64,000 bases of DNA. It comes from Heptranchias perlo. Taxonomy: Eukaryota. Location: positions 121,892,001-121,956,000 of the forward strand of contig NC_090325.1 of assembly GCF_035084215.1 (NCBI RefSeq). The letters are read 5' to 3'. The notes under the pieces were generated by a model, which was not told the DNA's origin, ran no database searches, and was given only the letters and a program-made list of their open reading frames with translations. The position numbers and the translations under genes were made by a program. This document shows, one piece after another, positions 22,378 through 35,121 of this stretch (position 1 is the stretch's first letter; each line of letters begins with the position of its first letter).

Positions 22378-23188
22378 TGGGAGGCAATTTCAACTCCCAA
22401 AAACAGGTGGGTTGGGGGTGGGTGGGCAGTAAAAATAGTTTGTTTTTGGAGTGGGACCGCATCCAGGCTCAAATGCGCTCACTTCCGGGTTTAATCAATG
22501 GGCGTTTCGATAACAGAAACCTGGAAATCCCGTCCCCATTTAAAGCCGACGGGCCAACGTTGAAATGGGCAATGCGCCTCATTGCAATAGTTGAGGCACT
22601 TAATTTTTTGTGTATTAGAAATGTCAAAGGAATTTTACTTTACCGTTCGGGTTTCCCATCGCTTCTGATTCACGTCAGGTGAAAGCAGGCGGGAGGGACT
22701 GGATCCATGAGGTGAGTCACTTTATTGCACTGCTTGTGGGCCCGGAGGTGCTGCATCCAGGCTCAACAGGCCCACTTGGCGTAATCGGACCCACGCGATC
22801 AGCCGACCCCTGCACCTCACCATGGTGGGCCCCCCGATGCTAAACCCCAACACCCTGCTGCTGGACCCCCTCCGATCTCCGATCTTCTCCAAGGCCTACC
22901 CGATGTTGTCCACGTGCCCCCACCTCTCCCCACCCACCAATTTCTTCCACGGCCCATGATCGCTCTCTCCTTCTCTCCCCCTTCTCCGATTAGCGACTCC
23001 TTTCCCTCCTGACAGACAACCATCCTGTCAATCTGGCTGACTGATGTGTGGGAAACCCGGAAGCACAAATACCTACCTTCAATTGAGTTGCAATCAGATA
23101 TCGTGATGCACTCACTTGACTTCTGGGTGCCCCATGTAAATATCTACGCACACACTGGGTTCCCAGTCCGAGCTTAAATCATGCCCCA
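22378..23188 (+). mobile_element. Non-autonomous DNA-transposon-like element (copies near 39399-40207 and 58256-59065; relatives at 44286-45057, 63142-63913 and 5'-truncated 25669-26208)
   Basis: GC-rich, non-coding, loose terminal inverted repeats (GGCAATTTYAACT ... AGCTTAAATCATGCCCC), shared internal core with other copies. Confidence 0.5.
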
Positions 23189-24804
23189 CACGTAATAACA
23201 CTGAGATGGAGATCCTGATGTCTGATGAAAAGAGACAGCCTGTCAGCTCGGGAAAGATAGGAGACAGCACTTCAGGCAGGTATGGGTGTAGGACAGGAAG
23301 ATCACTGGAGGGGGAAGTGCTGTAATCATTGAAATGAATTTAAAGGAGCTTGGTACGATTATTGCACGTAATATCATATTATTTTTAATTAATATGAAAT
23401 GATATTTAAGTTAAACCTAAAGATGCTGGAACTGATGGTTGGAGTTGCTGACAGCAGGGTCACTCTGAGTTGGGAGATTCAAGTCAGGAATTAGGAGAAC
23501 TGGGGGGGGTGGTGTCATGTGAGAAGAAAGAGACAATCAGATAAATAAAGGAATCGGGTTAAAGGTAGTGGAGCCAAGATTTGTGGGGTGGGAGAGGGAT
23601 GAACTGGAATAGATCACCCGCAAGAGGCCAGGAATCTGGGGCAGAGCCTGGATCCAACAGATTTAAGAAGTGGCCCATGGATTGATTGGGGTGGGCTGTG
23701 GGTAAGTCTTACGTTGCGTGACCCGTGCCCGCAGTCAGCATTGAGGACATGTCAGGTGGTGTTCCCAGTCTGTGCTGTGAATTCCACTCAGCATTGCTTC
23801 GTTCAGCTCAGTAGAAGCCACGTCTGATGAGATTAGACATTGGCTCCATTCTGGGCCTGGTGAATTCTCCAGACAACTCAAGAATTAAAGGTAATCGATC
23901 CCAGAGGGGATGGATATCCTCACACTGCTGGACTTTATCTTCCTGTGGAAAAGTTATTTTTAATTTTAATCTTGCACCTTTGGCCCTGTGAGGACCTCTG
24001 CCTCCCCCATCCCCATTGGAATGGCAGGGTGCAGCTCCAATTTTATGGCTCATCCTTGGGGTGGGTACCTCTGCAGCACTGAAATAGGTCAGGCAGCCTG
24101 CTTCATTTACTAAAAGGGATCCAGCCCTGTGATTTAGGACCGGGCCAACATCCTCACCCGTTGTCAAATAGGATCCTGCTCTGCTGCACTTCCAGTGGTG
24201 GAGCCAGGACCCTGGATTTTCAGGTCAGTAAGTTTCATCGTGATCGAAAAGCATTTCTGATAGGTGTGACCACCCACACTCGCTCCCAGTGAGGATCCTG
24301 TCATTGATCAATTGGAATACTCAATCTTTCATCCATTTTTATATATAATGTTGAATACTCTGACCGAAAACGCATTGCAGATGAAAATTCATCACATCAA
24401 ACATCCACAAATATATCTGCACCATTACAGCTTTTCACAATCAGAACATGCACTTTTTAAATGAGCAAAGATGCATCTCAGCTGTGCACCTCATGTTATC
24501 AAGTTCGAGGATGGCTCATTTCCTGTAGTTCACAAGTTTCAGCTGAGCGATGTGTTTCCTTTTTATTTTTACCCAAGGATCAGTTCCAAGTCTGTAAATT
24601 GACCTCGTCCCGTGGGTCAAATACAAAATGTGGAACTGGAATATTCTGCAGTCAATCTGAAACTGTTCACCTGGGGAAAAACAGCTAATGTACGAATAAT
24701 CATACCTTGTGATATGTGGATCTCTGCAAAGTCTCAATCGCATTTTAACTTTGTGTCAACCATGGCTGTTTAATTAAAAAACAATTAAGAAAATATCCAC
24801 TAAC

Positions 24805-25040
24805 TAAAGAATATTCAGGGATGAGAAAAGGTCACTTTGCCCATTGAGCTCATCACTGGTGTTTATTAACTCACTCAACCTAAAATCCCACAGCATCTGG
24901 AACTTGTCTAAAGTCTCTGATTTCATTACCCTGCCTGGCACATTATTTGAAATGTTTATCACCTTTTGAGTGAAAGATTTTTTTCTAAAATGTTTCAATG
25001 TACTTTTTACTATTTTAAACATATGTTCTCCTATTCAGCC
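24805..25040 (-). mobile_element. Highly degenerate CR1 3' fragment (also near 41825-42060 and 60682-60917)
   Basis: FRKKSFTQKVINISNNVPGRVMKSETLDKF resembles the CR1 FFTQRVVNxWNxLP..V C-terminus. Confidence 0.55.
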
Positions 25041-26297
25041 GTCCTGACTGACCTTCCAGCAATATTGTGGGCTTACCTTATTTACGCTATTTGATAGCAT
25101 ATAAGTAGTAGCGAGATCTCCCATTAACCAAAGTGTTGGCTTTATGAGCTGTGATTGTATATTAAAAATAGAATGATAGAATATGCAAATGACTGCTGTC
25201 AAATTTTGAAAAATGTCAGCAGATATTATAATAAATGATCAAGATTCTCTTCTGTTGTTAAATATATGAACCTCCTTTTGTATCTTCAGAACTACATACA
25301 TTGGAAAGAATTACAAGGAATGGGTATGGAGCAAACTCCAATACCCATTGACGTAGTGTTCACTAATATACCACTCGTCCCTGTATAATATAATACAGCC
25401 CTGACTGTAATAACAACTGAAGTAACACTCATTCATTTACAACAGCTCCTGATGGAGCATGTAGGGACAATGAGACTCTAACATAGGAAATATACACAGT
25501 AAAATGTTCTCTCTATAGCTTGCATGTCTCAATAGAAACGCCCTCATGTGTACAACATTAGTTATCACATTCTCATATTTCATGACACCTGATCCCTATT
25601 CTCTCTAATGTTGAAATAAAGGAATATAAAACACCTTGCACGCTTTTAACTATGACCTACATACAATTAGAAACATCAAGTAAATGTAACAGTTCCTGTT
25701 CATGTTTCCCATCACTTCTGATTCATGTCAGGTGAAAGCAGGTGAGAAGGAACAATCCATGAGATGAGTGCCTTTATTGCACTGTCAGCAGGCCAGGAGG
25801 AGCAGGAGTTCTTCATCCAGACCCCAAGCTCACCAGGCATAATCGGACCCACCCCATCGGCCGACCACTCCCCACTGATGCTGGACTGCCCCTGATGCTG
25901 GACCCCATCACACCCCGAATGCTAAACCCCCACATAATGCTGGATCCCCCACCCCGATTGTCTCGAAGGCCAACCCGATTTCTTCCATGGCCCACGATTT
26001 ATCTCTCCCTCCCTCCCCCCTCTCCAACTCACAGCTCCATTCCCTTCCGACAGGCAGCCAACCTGTCAATCTGGCTGCCTGGTGCACACATACTTACCTT
26101 CAATTGAGTTGCGATTACAGTTTGCGATGCACTCACTTGACCTCCGGTTTCCCTGCATGAATATCTAAGGACATGCTGGGTTCCTGGACCCGAGCTAAAA
26201 TCATGCCCTTGCTCTCCTGGTGCTGAATCTCACGCGAGGATTTCCAGATCAGAAAATCTGATGCAAAGATGATCGTGTGTCTTATGTGGCACTCCCA

Positions 26298-26447
26298 ATC
26301 TTCAAGGTATTAAAATGATCCATATATCAATGATCACTAGTCAAGAACAGTTGTCAATAGAATAGAAATTATGATAATTTCTAGTCTATTGGTTACTGAC
26401 CTTGACTAGTGATCATTGATATAGAGATAAATTAATCACTTGAAGAT
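26298..26447. repeat. 150-bp imperfect palindrome / MITE-like hairpin
   Basis: TATATCAATGATCACTAGTCAAG (26323-26345) is the exact reverse complement of 26401-26423; outer ATCTTCAAG/CTTGAAGAT and inner CAATAGAATAGAAATTAT/ATAATTTCTAGTCTATTG also pair. Confidence 0.85.
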
Positions 26448-26550
26448 CGTTTGAAGAAGAAGGCTCACCACCACCTTCTCAGGACGACTAGGGGTGGGCA
26501 ATAAATGCCAGCCTTCTCGCGATGCCCATATCCTGAGAATGAATCATTTA
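26448..26550 (+). mobile_element. 3' tail of the LINE family at 4748-7899 (also 45296-45398)
   Basis: GAAGAAGGCTCACCACCACCTTCTCAGG..GGGCAATAAATGCC matches the reverse complement of 4760-4855. Confidence 0.7.
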
Positions 26551-27427
26551 AAATAAAGACTAGAAATCACCGTCGATCACATCATGCTGTGGACACTTAA
26601 TGAGCATTTATCAAATTCTTCTGTCTGGCACCAAACTTGCAAGAAAACATCTCTGTACGTGCAATAACACTGAAGATATTTCTATTCCTGAGTTCGAGCT
26701 GCTGCATCATCAGGCTGAAAATTCATTGCAAGTGGCAAGTGTAATTTACTTTAGAACTACATTTACATCATTGCAGCTCTTTCGAAACTTGGGACATTAA
26801 AGTCTAAAGAGTCACGGCATGATGTTCAGCCAGTGAAAGAGAGAGTTATTTCCTCTAAATCACAAGCTTTAGCTCCATTGTCTGGTCTGGTTTTCTCTAA
26901 TTATAGTGAGAAAGATCAGTGTTAAAAATGCATTGAGGAGTTCCCCAGTGGGTCAGGTGTAAGACCTGGAACTGGATTATTCTGCAGCTTATCTGAGGCT
27001 ACTTGCTTGGGAACAACATTAAACAAATTATGTGGCACGATCTTATCAGTGTTTAATTGTCTGTCATTTACGGTTGTGTAAAAACAAAAGGAAGATTTTA
27101 TCAACAACACTCCATAAGGACTTGACCACATGATCTTTGACATAAAAAAATCGAAAAATTCAATTTCAGAGGGGGCACAAAATGGGCAGTAGCAGATCAG
27201 CCATCAATGGAAATTAAATGGAAAGAAACATTCAGCAGGATATGTAACGGGTGACTGACCTGCAACCACCCTTTTCATGCCCTTGCCTCAGTTGAATATT
27301 ATCCCCATTTTTCTAAAAATTGCAGTTAATTCTTTAAAATGAACACATAATTCACCACCTATAGCAACAGATTATCTGCCTTTTGCCATTGTAAACTATG
27401 TAAAAGTTATGAATATATTTAACACTG

Positions 27428-27550
27428 CAGAAGTGAAAGAACCTCTGACTCAGGAGCTGGGAAATTCCCTTCCACAGGAGCTTCCTATGTTTGACAATTT
27501 TTACTGCTCGAGATTATGCAAATTGAGAGTAGAGGATCTCAATAAATGGG
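27428..27550 (+). promoter_or_regulatory. Proximal promoter of copy 2: IRF-E, AP-1, NF-kB, octamer/CEBP-like, TATA-like
   Basis: AAGTGAAAG 27431-27439, TGACTCA 27446-27452, GGGAAATTCCC 27459-27469, ATGCAAAT 27516-27523, AATAAAT 27541-27547. Confidence 0.7.
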
Positions 27551-27657
27551 AGCTCATTGGACCTCTCTTCAACAGAACTTCATTCAGCAGAGAGAGAGTC
27601 ACTGAGGTGGACAGAAGATCCTTCAGCAGAAATCCATTCAGCAACTCAAAGTCAAAG

Positions 27658-29537
27658 ATGAGCAGAGCAGCTACTGTGACGATTCTCATCCTGTTTCTGT
27701 GTGCCATTACTACACAGGGTATGTTGTCCTTTGTAATCTTGTGTTTTATTTCTCATTTCACTGTAATTACATAGAATTATGTAAAATAGTACAATTCTAA
27801 AGGGGGTGCAGGAACAGAGAGACCTGGGGGGTATTCAGTAATTTTAAACCCTTTAACCCAGCACCTTATGATGATAAAAGATTTCCTTATAAAAAATATG
27901 ATAGTCATCTCCAGGTTAATGTAATCAGCATGATTAATTTGGACAGATACCTAATATTTCCTTGTGGATCATATGTTGAAAAGATTAAAATATCTCAACT
28001 CTGATACAAAGTGCCAGGATTCTCTCCACCTCAATCGATAATTAAATCTAAGTTAAATGGATCTTTTCACAGGTATTCCAATTCCAGGCACTCAAGGTCG
28101 TTGCCTGTGCACTCAGAACAGCTCCAATTTTATCAATCCACGGCTCATCCGGAGTTTGAAATATATTCCCAAAGGATCCCACTGTGAGACACCAGAGATA
28201 ATGTGAGTAAATGTGTCAGAACATCACCATTAACATTTCTCCTTCGGTGACGTCCATTTAATAAACTGTGCTCTTTATTCAAAATATGTTGGATCAATCA
28301 CAGTTTGTTTATGAGGCACATTCGAAGGATTTTCTTTTAATACTTTTGCTAATTTCTCACCTTTCAGTGGGAGACATCCAATTTCTGTGGATTAGATTTT
28401 AAAGGTTTACCTTCTCTTCACAGTGTTACCAAAAGAAATGGGAATAAATTATGTGTGAGTCCTGATGCCGAGTGGGTGAAGATTATCATTAAAGCCAAGA
28501 AAGGTTGGTGTTTGGCAGAATTAAGACTTTGCGTATGAATAAAAGCAGATACAGTGAATTGTTTTTTTAAACCATGTTTGCCCCTCTCCTCCTCGGTTGA
28601 AGGCGTTGACTCCTCTCTGCTATACATTCCCACAGGCTTTTGATGCCCCTGGTACTTTATTCAAGTGCTCATCATTTATGTGTGAGCCTTGACAGTGAAT
28701 GTTAGCAAGCTATTCAACCACAGTTGGCATCAGGGCTGAGCCTTACGCTAGCCTCACCCAACATCCAAATATGGCACTTCCAGGAGGGGGGGTCACTGGA
28801 TAGCAATCAGGTGAAGGAATGCTGGGTGATTTTATGCTCTCTCTCCCAATAATGCTGAGACCAATTGTCGTACCTTTAGGACCCAGCTGAGATCAGCCAA
28901 TTAAGCACAGAACAGGGTCCTTAAGAATAAAATATGTAATATATATCTTCACTTTCATTTCCTTTTCCTGCTGCCTTCCTTCCTTTATGTTACGCTCCAC
29001 AATTTTTTGTTCTGCTGTTTGAAAACTGTAAACTACTTTTTGCGTCATGTTTTAACTTTTTATTATCCGTTCTATTTTACTCTTTAATGTAATGTGTTCC
29101 TGCAGACTCCCATCAGAACGAGGATTTTAAATCCATTTATTTTTTCAAGTTATACAGAAAAGTTGTTTGTGAAAATCTCGACCATCTATTCTCACAGTTT
29201 TGTGTCATCCACCGTTGTCAGAACTCAGGATTTTGTTCAGCATTTACTGCCTTTGCATTATTCCGCAAATTTGCTTGATTCAACAGGATGGAAGGAAGAG
29301 AAATAATTTTTCTCTCTGGCCCCATGCATCCTGCATGTTAAACCATATTGCAAAATCAATGACTTGGGAATAAAATCATCAGTGTTAGCAATGCTGCTCA
29401 TCTTGTGTAAAAGTCAGATTAATAATGCTCCATAATTATATTGCTGAAGATATTGTGCACTATATTAAAGTAAATATCTGTAGTTCGTGGTTAAAAGTAA
29501 CTTTTAATTTATTTCAGGTGCCAGACGACACAACTGA
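27658..29537 (+). CDS. CXC chemokine copy 2 (non-ELR), 4 coding exons, 96 aa
   Basis: Exons 27658-27718, 28073-28202, 28424-28503, 29518-29537. MSRAATVTILILFLCAITTQG-IPIPGTQGRCLCTQNSSNFINPRLIRSLKYIPKGSHCETPEIIVTKRNGNKLCVSPDAEWVKIIIKAKKGARRHN; intact splice sites, no frameshift. Confidence 0.95.
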
Positions 29538-30024
29538 GAAATGAAGCCGCAATGGGATGGACTCGACTCCACACCTGGTTAACCTAAAGTACAATGAACG
29601 TTGAAATGAAGGAAGCTTTGTCCAGGGTGTTAATGCTCTGATGTCACCTTCTGATAGCTTGTTCAAGTATTTTCCCTTCAGTGTTTTCTGAAAATGATGT
29701 CACTGTTCAACCCTGTCACATTGTAAGCCTGGATATTAACTTGGAGCCGGGAAGAGAGTGGGGGGATGCTTATCGGACGGGAAACCTGGAAATGAAGTTG
29801 GCGGGTCGGAATCTGCGATCCCAACTTAGTTGAAGGATAAAAATGTTACTTCTGTATATTGTGCCCAGTTGCCATCCAGATTGACAGGTTGACTGGATGT
29901 CAGCCAGGGAGAGATCAGAGTCTTCGGTGTTTGCATGGTGGCGGCGGAGGGGGGCGGTCGGGGAGAGATCGGGATCCTTGGGGGCATGATGGGGAATGGG
30001 GGATGGGAGGAAGGTGAGCAGTCA

Positions 30025-30273
30025 GCCATTGCTGGGGAGGTAAGAAGTAGGCCATCGCTGGGGAGGTAAGAAGTAGGCCATCGCTGGGGAGGTAAGAAGT
30101 AGGCCATCGCTGGGGAGGTAAGAAGTAGGCCATCGCTGGGGAGGTAAGAAGTAGGCCATCGCTGGGGAGGTAAGAAGTAGGCCATCGCTGGGGAGGTAAG
30201 AAGTAGGCCATCGTTGTGGAGGTAAGAAGTAGGCCATCGTTGTGGAGGTAAGAAGTAGGCCATCGCTGGGGAG
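30025..30273 (+). repeat. 26-bp minisatellite (GCCATCGCTGGGGAGGTAAGAAGTAG) x about 9.6
   Basis: Units start at 30025, 30051, ... 30259; two variant units read GCCATCGTTGTGGAG. Confidence 0.95.
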
Positions 30274-33200
30274 TGGAGCAATCGGTAATTGTGGTGGTCT
30301 CGACAATCAGGAGGGGATCTATGTCATTGGGGGGGGTCCAGAACATCAGGGCGGGTCAGCCGATCGTGGGGGTTACGAACGTGTCGGTGAGCTTGTTGGG
30401 CCTGGTGGAAACGTTCCTGCTCCTGGTCCACAAGCAGTGCAATAAAGGCACTTACCTCATCATCCGGCCCTTCTCGCCTCCTTTTCACTGGCGAGATCCA
30501 CGAGCCCCGGGAAAGCATGCTGGAGGCGTAAAATTTAAAGTTAAGTCAAATTCAATTTATAAAGACCTACTAACGTCTCACAGGGACGTTAATTGATTCT
30601 AGAAATACCCACCCACCTGAACTAATTAAGGTCCTGACTGCAGTGAGTAGGCTACTCGCACACATCTAAATGCGCCTCCGTTTGTGGAAGCAATTTCTCT
30701 GTAGAAATGATTTAGCGTGTAAAATATCGACATTTTCGAAGGTAGTGCTCCTTATTGTATGATATTAACTGGAAGAAACAACATTTTTAAATCGAACTAA
30801 TCTCTGTGCAGTGAGCAGTAGAAATCTTTGGCACTGAGGGATTTTTCACTGGGTCCAGTTGGCTGGAAGTTGTGTTGAGTATAACACTGATTTATCAGTC
30901 AGTAACGTTGCTACAAGTGACTTTTGTTGTGAATTAATCTTTTGAGTATTTTTGTACCTTTATCTTCAAATGTATTCAAGTGATTAAAATAAACATGATT
31001 TCATATGAAGAATGTATTGTCACTGTTCTTCAATCACCAGCAAAACAGTCGTGTGTCTCTCCAGTAAATAAATTTAGTGGACTGACTAATAAAGAGAAAT
31101 CTGTTCAGGATACACTTTAGACAATGATTGGCATCAACGAGGTGGGCAGGTTATTAAAATGGCAGGTGGAGGGAGTTCACACAGGGGCCTACTTTACAAT
31201 CAAAACTCACGCCCAATTATGTCATTGGTGCCGCAATGCAATTTCAACTCAGGGATTCGGTGGGGACGGTGGGGGGCGCTTCACGGGTCCAAACCAGACA
31301 GGCAGGTCATGGCGGTAGTCAGCAGAGTGGCCGGATGAGGCCATGGTAACTATTTTTATTTAACTTTTCTGAGGATTTGTCTGGGTCTCAAGGAGCAGGA
31401 GTGCTCCCTCGGGCCCAGCAAGGAGTCATTGGGCCTCCCCTGCCCAGGCTTTCTTTCTCCCTCCCAGCAACAGCACCTGCTCTCAAATACCTTCAGCCAT
31501 CCCAGCACTAACTTTATGCTGTTCTCTTAGATTCCCGGTGGCTTCAAGCTCCCATTCAAATATCTGCTCCCATCCACCGGCCTTGACGTCAATCCCACTG
31601 GTTTTGGGCAGGAGACAATGCTGCACTATTCAAATGGAGCCCAGGAACTAAAATGGTTTGAGCTTCACGCTCATATCTCCATGGGTGTTTCCCTCCTGCC
31701 CACACCCCGCCCAGGATGCCCTGATTTAAAATCACCCCCCATAAGTGTTGGTTTCTCCAGAGTGAGCACTTGTCAGACGTTATACTTTTATTGAAGTGAA
31801 GTATTGGATAACTGTAACGTAACCAAGTTCTATAAAACTCTTATTACATGTGTGTGGAGACAATGTCAGTTTAGAGATCTTTGTTCATCACTGGCAGGAT
31901 GTTGGTTCCCCCCCATTTAATGTGGCAACAACCAATGAATTGATGGGGTTTAAGATCCAATCTTCCTGGGCCACCGTTGCTAAGGACGCCAAATCAATTC
32001 CTGGGACCTTCATTGAGCTGAAGCTTTGTCATTGTTTTTTAGACTTTCTAATTAGATTAGGATTGGTCCCGGTCATGTCACCGGGCAGATCGTTTCCTCT
32101 CTGCTGCCTGAATAATGCAGTCATGTGGTGTTAACTGGGATTGCTATTGAATTCTAACCAGGGGAAATATTATGGTGAATCGCCAAGTGGGAGGCAAGCA
32201 TTCTGCAGACATTGGAGGCACTAATCTCCCTTAGGTGTATGATCCGCCTGAATCCTAAGTGCTAATAACACTCAATTTTCTGGCCTAGACTCATTTGGAT
32301 AATTATTCACAATTTCAGTGGAAACCCAGGTGGGTCGAGGGATGAAACAACTGGGAGGAGAAGAAAAGTGCATGCAAGTCAAATTGAAAGGGATGGAGGC
32401 AATTAAAGAGGAGTGTCACAAGATAGGAGACTAAGGCCCCGAATTTCCTGAAATTTGCACCAAAACAGCAGCAGAAGTGCAGCATAATGCAAATTTTCAG
32501 GGCGAAGAATTGAGGAAATTTGTGCCTAAGTGACTTATGCCAGTTTTATGCTACGTATCAGTTACCTTCATCTTTTGAATTGAATCAGCGAAACCTCTAC
32601 CGATTCCCTCTGCCGTTCATTAAAGCAGCGCAGGACGCCATCTTGGTAAAGGGCGTATTGAACGCTGGCAGTATGCTCCTGGCATTTACCTCCTCCACTT
32701 TTCCTCCACTTTTCCCTCCAACATATGGCTGGAGGGCCTCCTGGCCCCCTGTGGATACAGGATGAACCTCCTTCTCTCCATCTCTTGCAACAAGGCCTGC
32801 AGTGCATCATCAGAGAACCTTGGTGCACACTCCCTCCCAGATGCAGCCATTTTTCAAAGTATTGCAGCACAGATTCAGTTTTGAAACGACTCCCACCACT
32901 TCTTGCAGCCACAATGTACCTCCCCTTTAAGAGGTGCAGGCTGCCTTCAAGAAGCGCGAGCAACTCGCGATATCGGGACTCCCTGCTGATGCGTGCAGCC
33001 GATCAACAGTGCAATTAGCGCTGGCTGCACGCAGCAGTCATTTAAAACAGCAGGCAGCGTTAATGTAACCTTTTCAGGGGATTATCCAATTTAACCCTCG
33101 CCATGCCTAATGTACATAAATCGTCGTCTGATGGCTTCACATTTTAATTTCGATACATAAAGTGGGGCTTCAATAAAAACATGGAGTAACTTCTGCACTG

Positions 33201-33762
33201 TCCTCAGGCCCCATTAGTTTAAGTTGATTTCCATTTGGTTTACGCTGGTTTTTACGTTCCTGAGATTATCACAAATTTTTGGCGTACATTTCTATATAGA
33301 AGTTGTTAAAACAAATCAAAGCATCTTACAGCACAGAACGATGCCATTCGGCCCATCATGCCTGTGCTGGATCTTTGAAAGAGCTATCCAATTAGTCCCA
33401 CTCCCCTGCTCTTTCCCCATAGCTTGCAAATGTTTCCTTTTCAAGTATTTATGAAGTATGGTTATCATAAAAGGGACAAGACTACATTGTGTTAAATCAA
33501 AACTGGAAAAATAGAACGATGCCCTCTCTTGTGAATATTCTTTTCATTTATTCATTTTTTGTCATTTGCCTATTTATTGCTGAGCCAGGCAAACGTACGA
33601 TACAAATATACAAACAGGTCAGGGAGCAGCAGAACATGTGATAAAATGTATTGCTTTTATTACATCCATTTCTCTTTCAACAGTAATCGAATGAATAAAA
33701 TCCGATGCTACTAATGGAGTCTTAAAACAAATTACCAGTGATAAGTAGATGGGAGCAAAGCC

Positions 33763-33986
33763 AAACATTGACCCAAAGAGTTACTTGGTGTATAAAACAA
33801 TCTGATTTCTTGGAATTCACACGGGTTCACCAACACAGGCTGCTGTTTGAATGAAGTCTGACTCTGGAACTTCCTTAACCACTGAACAAACCCCAGGGGG
33901 AGGAGTCACCACAGCTACACACTCAACATTTTCCAAATCTGGAAACTGAAACTTGAACCAGCTCCAGATATCCCTGAAGCTCTTAC
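33763..33986. promoter_or_regulatory. Candidate IFN-responsive enhancer, copy 3
   Basis: GAS 33807-33815, ISRE 33941-33953. Confidence 0.55.
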
Positions 33987-35121
33987 GACATCACCAATGT
34001 ATTAATGGACAGTGACTGTGATCAATAAAGGCACTGACCTCATCATCCAGCCCTTCTCGCCTCCTTTTCACTGGCGAGATCCACGAGCCCCGGGAAAGCA
34101 TGCTGGAGGCGTAAAATTTAAAGTTAAGTCAAATTCAATTTATAAAGACCTACTAACGTCTCACAGGGACGTTAATTGATTCTAGAAATACCCACCCACC
34201 TGAACTAATTAAGGTCCTGACTGCAGTGAGTAGGCTACTCGCACACATCTAAAGGCGCCTCCGTTTGTGGAAGCAATTTCTCTGTAGAAATGATTTAGCG
34301 TGTAAAATATCGACATTTTCGAAGGTAGTGCTCCTTATTGTATGATATGAACTGGAAGAAACAACATTTTTAAATCGAACTAATCTCTGTGCAGTGAGCA
34401 GTAGAAATCTTTGGCACTGAGGGATTTTTCACTGGGTCCAGTTGGCTGGAAGTTGTGTTGAGTATAACACTGATTTATCAGTCAGTAACGTTGCTACAAG
34501 TGACTTTTGTTGTGAATTAATCTTTTGAGTATTTTTGTACCTTTATCTTCAAATGTATTCAAGTGATTAAAATAAACGTGATTTCATATGAAGAATGTAT
34601 TGTCACTGTTCTTCAATCACCAGCAAAACAGTCGTGTGTCTCTCCAGTAAATAAATTTAGTGGACTGACTAATAAAGAGAAATCTGTTCAGGATACACTT
34701 TAGACAATGATTGGCATCAGCGAGGTGGGCAGGTTATTAAAATGGCAGGTGGAGGGAGTTCACACAGGGGCCTAGTTTACAATCAAAACTCACGCCCAAT
34801 TATGTCATTGGTGCCGCAATGCAATTTCAACTCAGGGATTCGGTGGGGACGGTGGGGGGCGCTTCACGGGTCCAAACCAGACAGGCAGGTCATGGCGGTA
34901 GTCAGCAGAGTGGCCGGATGAGGCCATGGTAACTATTTTTATTTAACTTTTCTGAGGATTTGTCTGGGTCTCAAGGAGCAGGAGTGCTCCCTCGGGCCCA
35001 GCAAGGAGTCATTGGGCCTCCCCTGCCCAGGCTTTCTTTCTCCCTCCCAGCAACAGCACCTGCTCTCAAATACCTTCAGCCATCCCAGCACTAACTTTAT
35101 GCTGGGGGCTGTTCCCTTAGA

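Noticed and set aside
27409-27774. 121-aa ORF (also 14102-14293 and 46257-46508) as the real gene or an N-terminally extended chemokine
   Set aside because: It runs from the promoter through exon 1 into intron 1, starts upstream of the TATA-like box, and is frameshifted before the ATG in copy 3.
30025-30273. 26-bp repeat array as a CRISPR array, or the repetitive ORFs 29826-30346 as proteins
   Set aside because: Units are contiguous with no unique spacers, there are no cas genes and the context is eukaryotic; the ORFs arise because the repeat has no stops on the minus strand.
31850-32134. Recurring 60-166 aa ORFs (MCGDNV.., MISIWF.., MTTGED.., MWLDRD..) as a conserved multigene operon-like system
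   Set aside because: They recur only because of the tandem duplications, mostly start at non-ATG codons, overlap repeats, lack recognisable domains and are disrupted in some copies.
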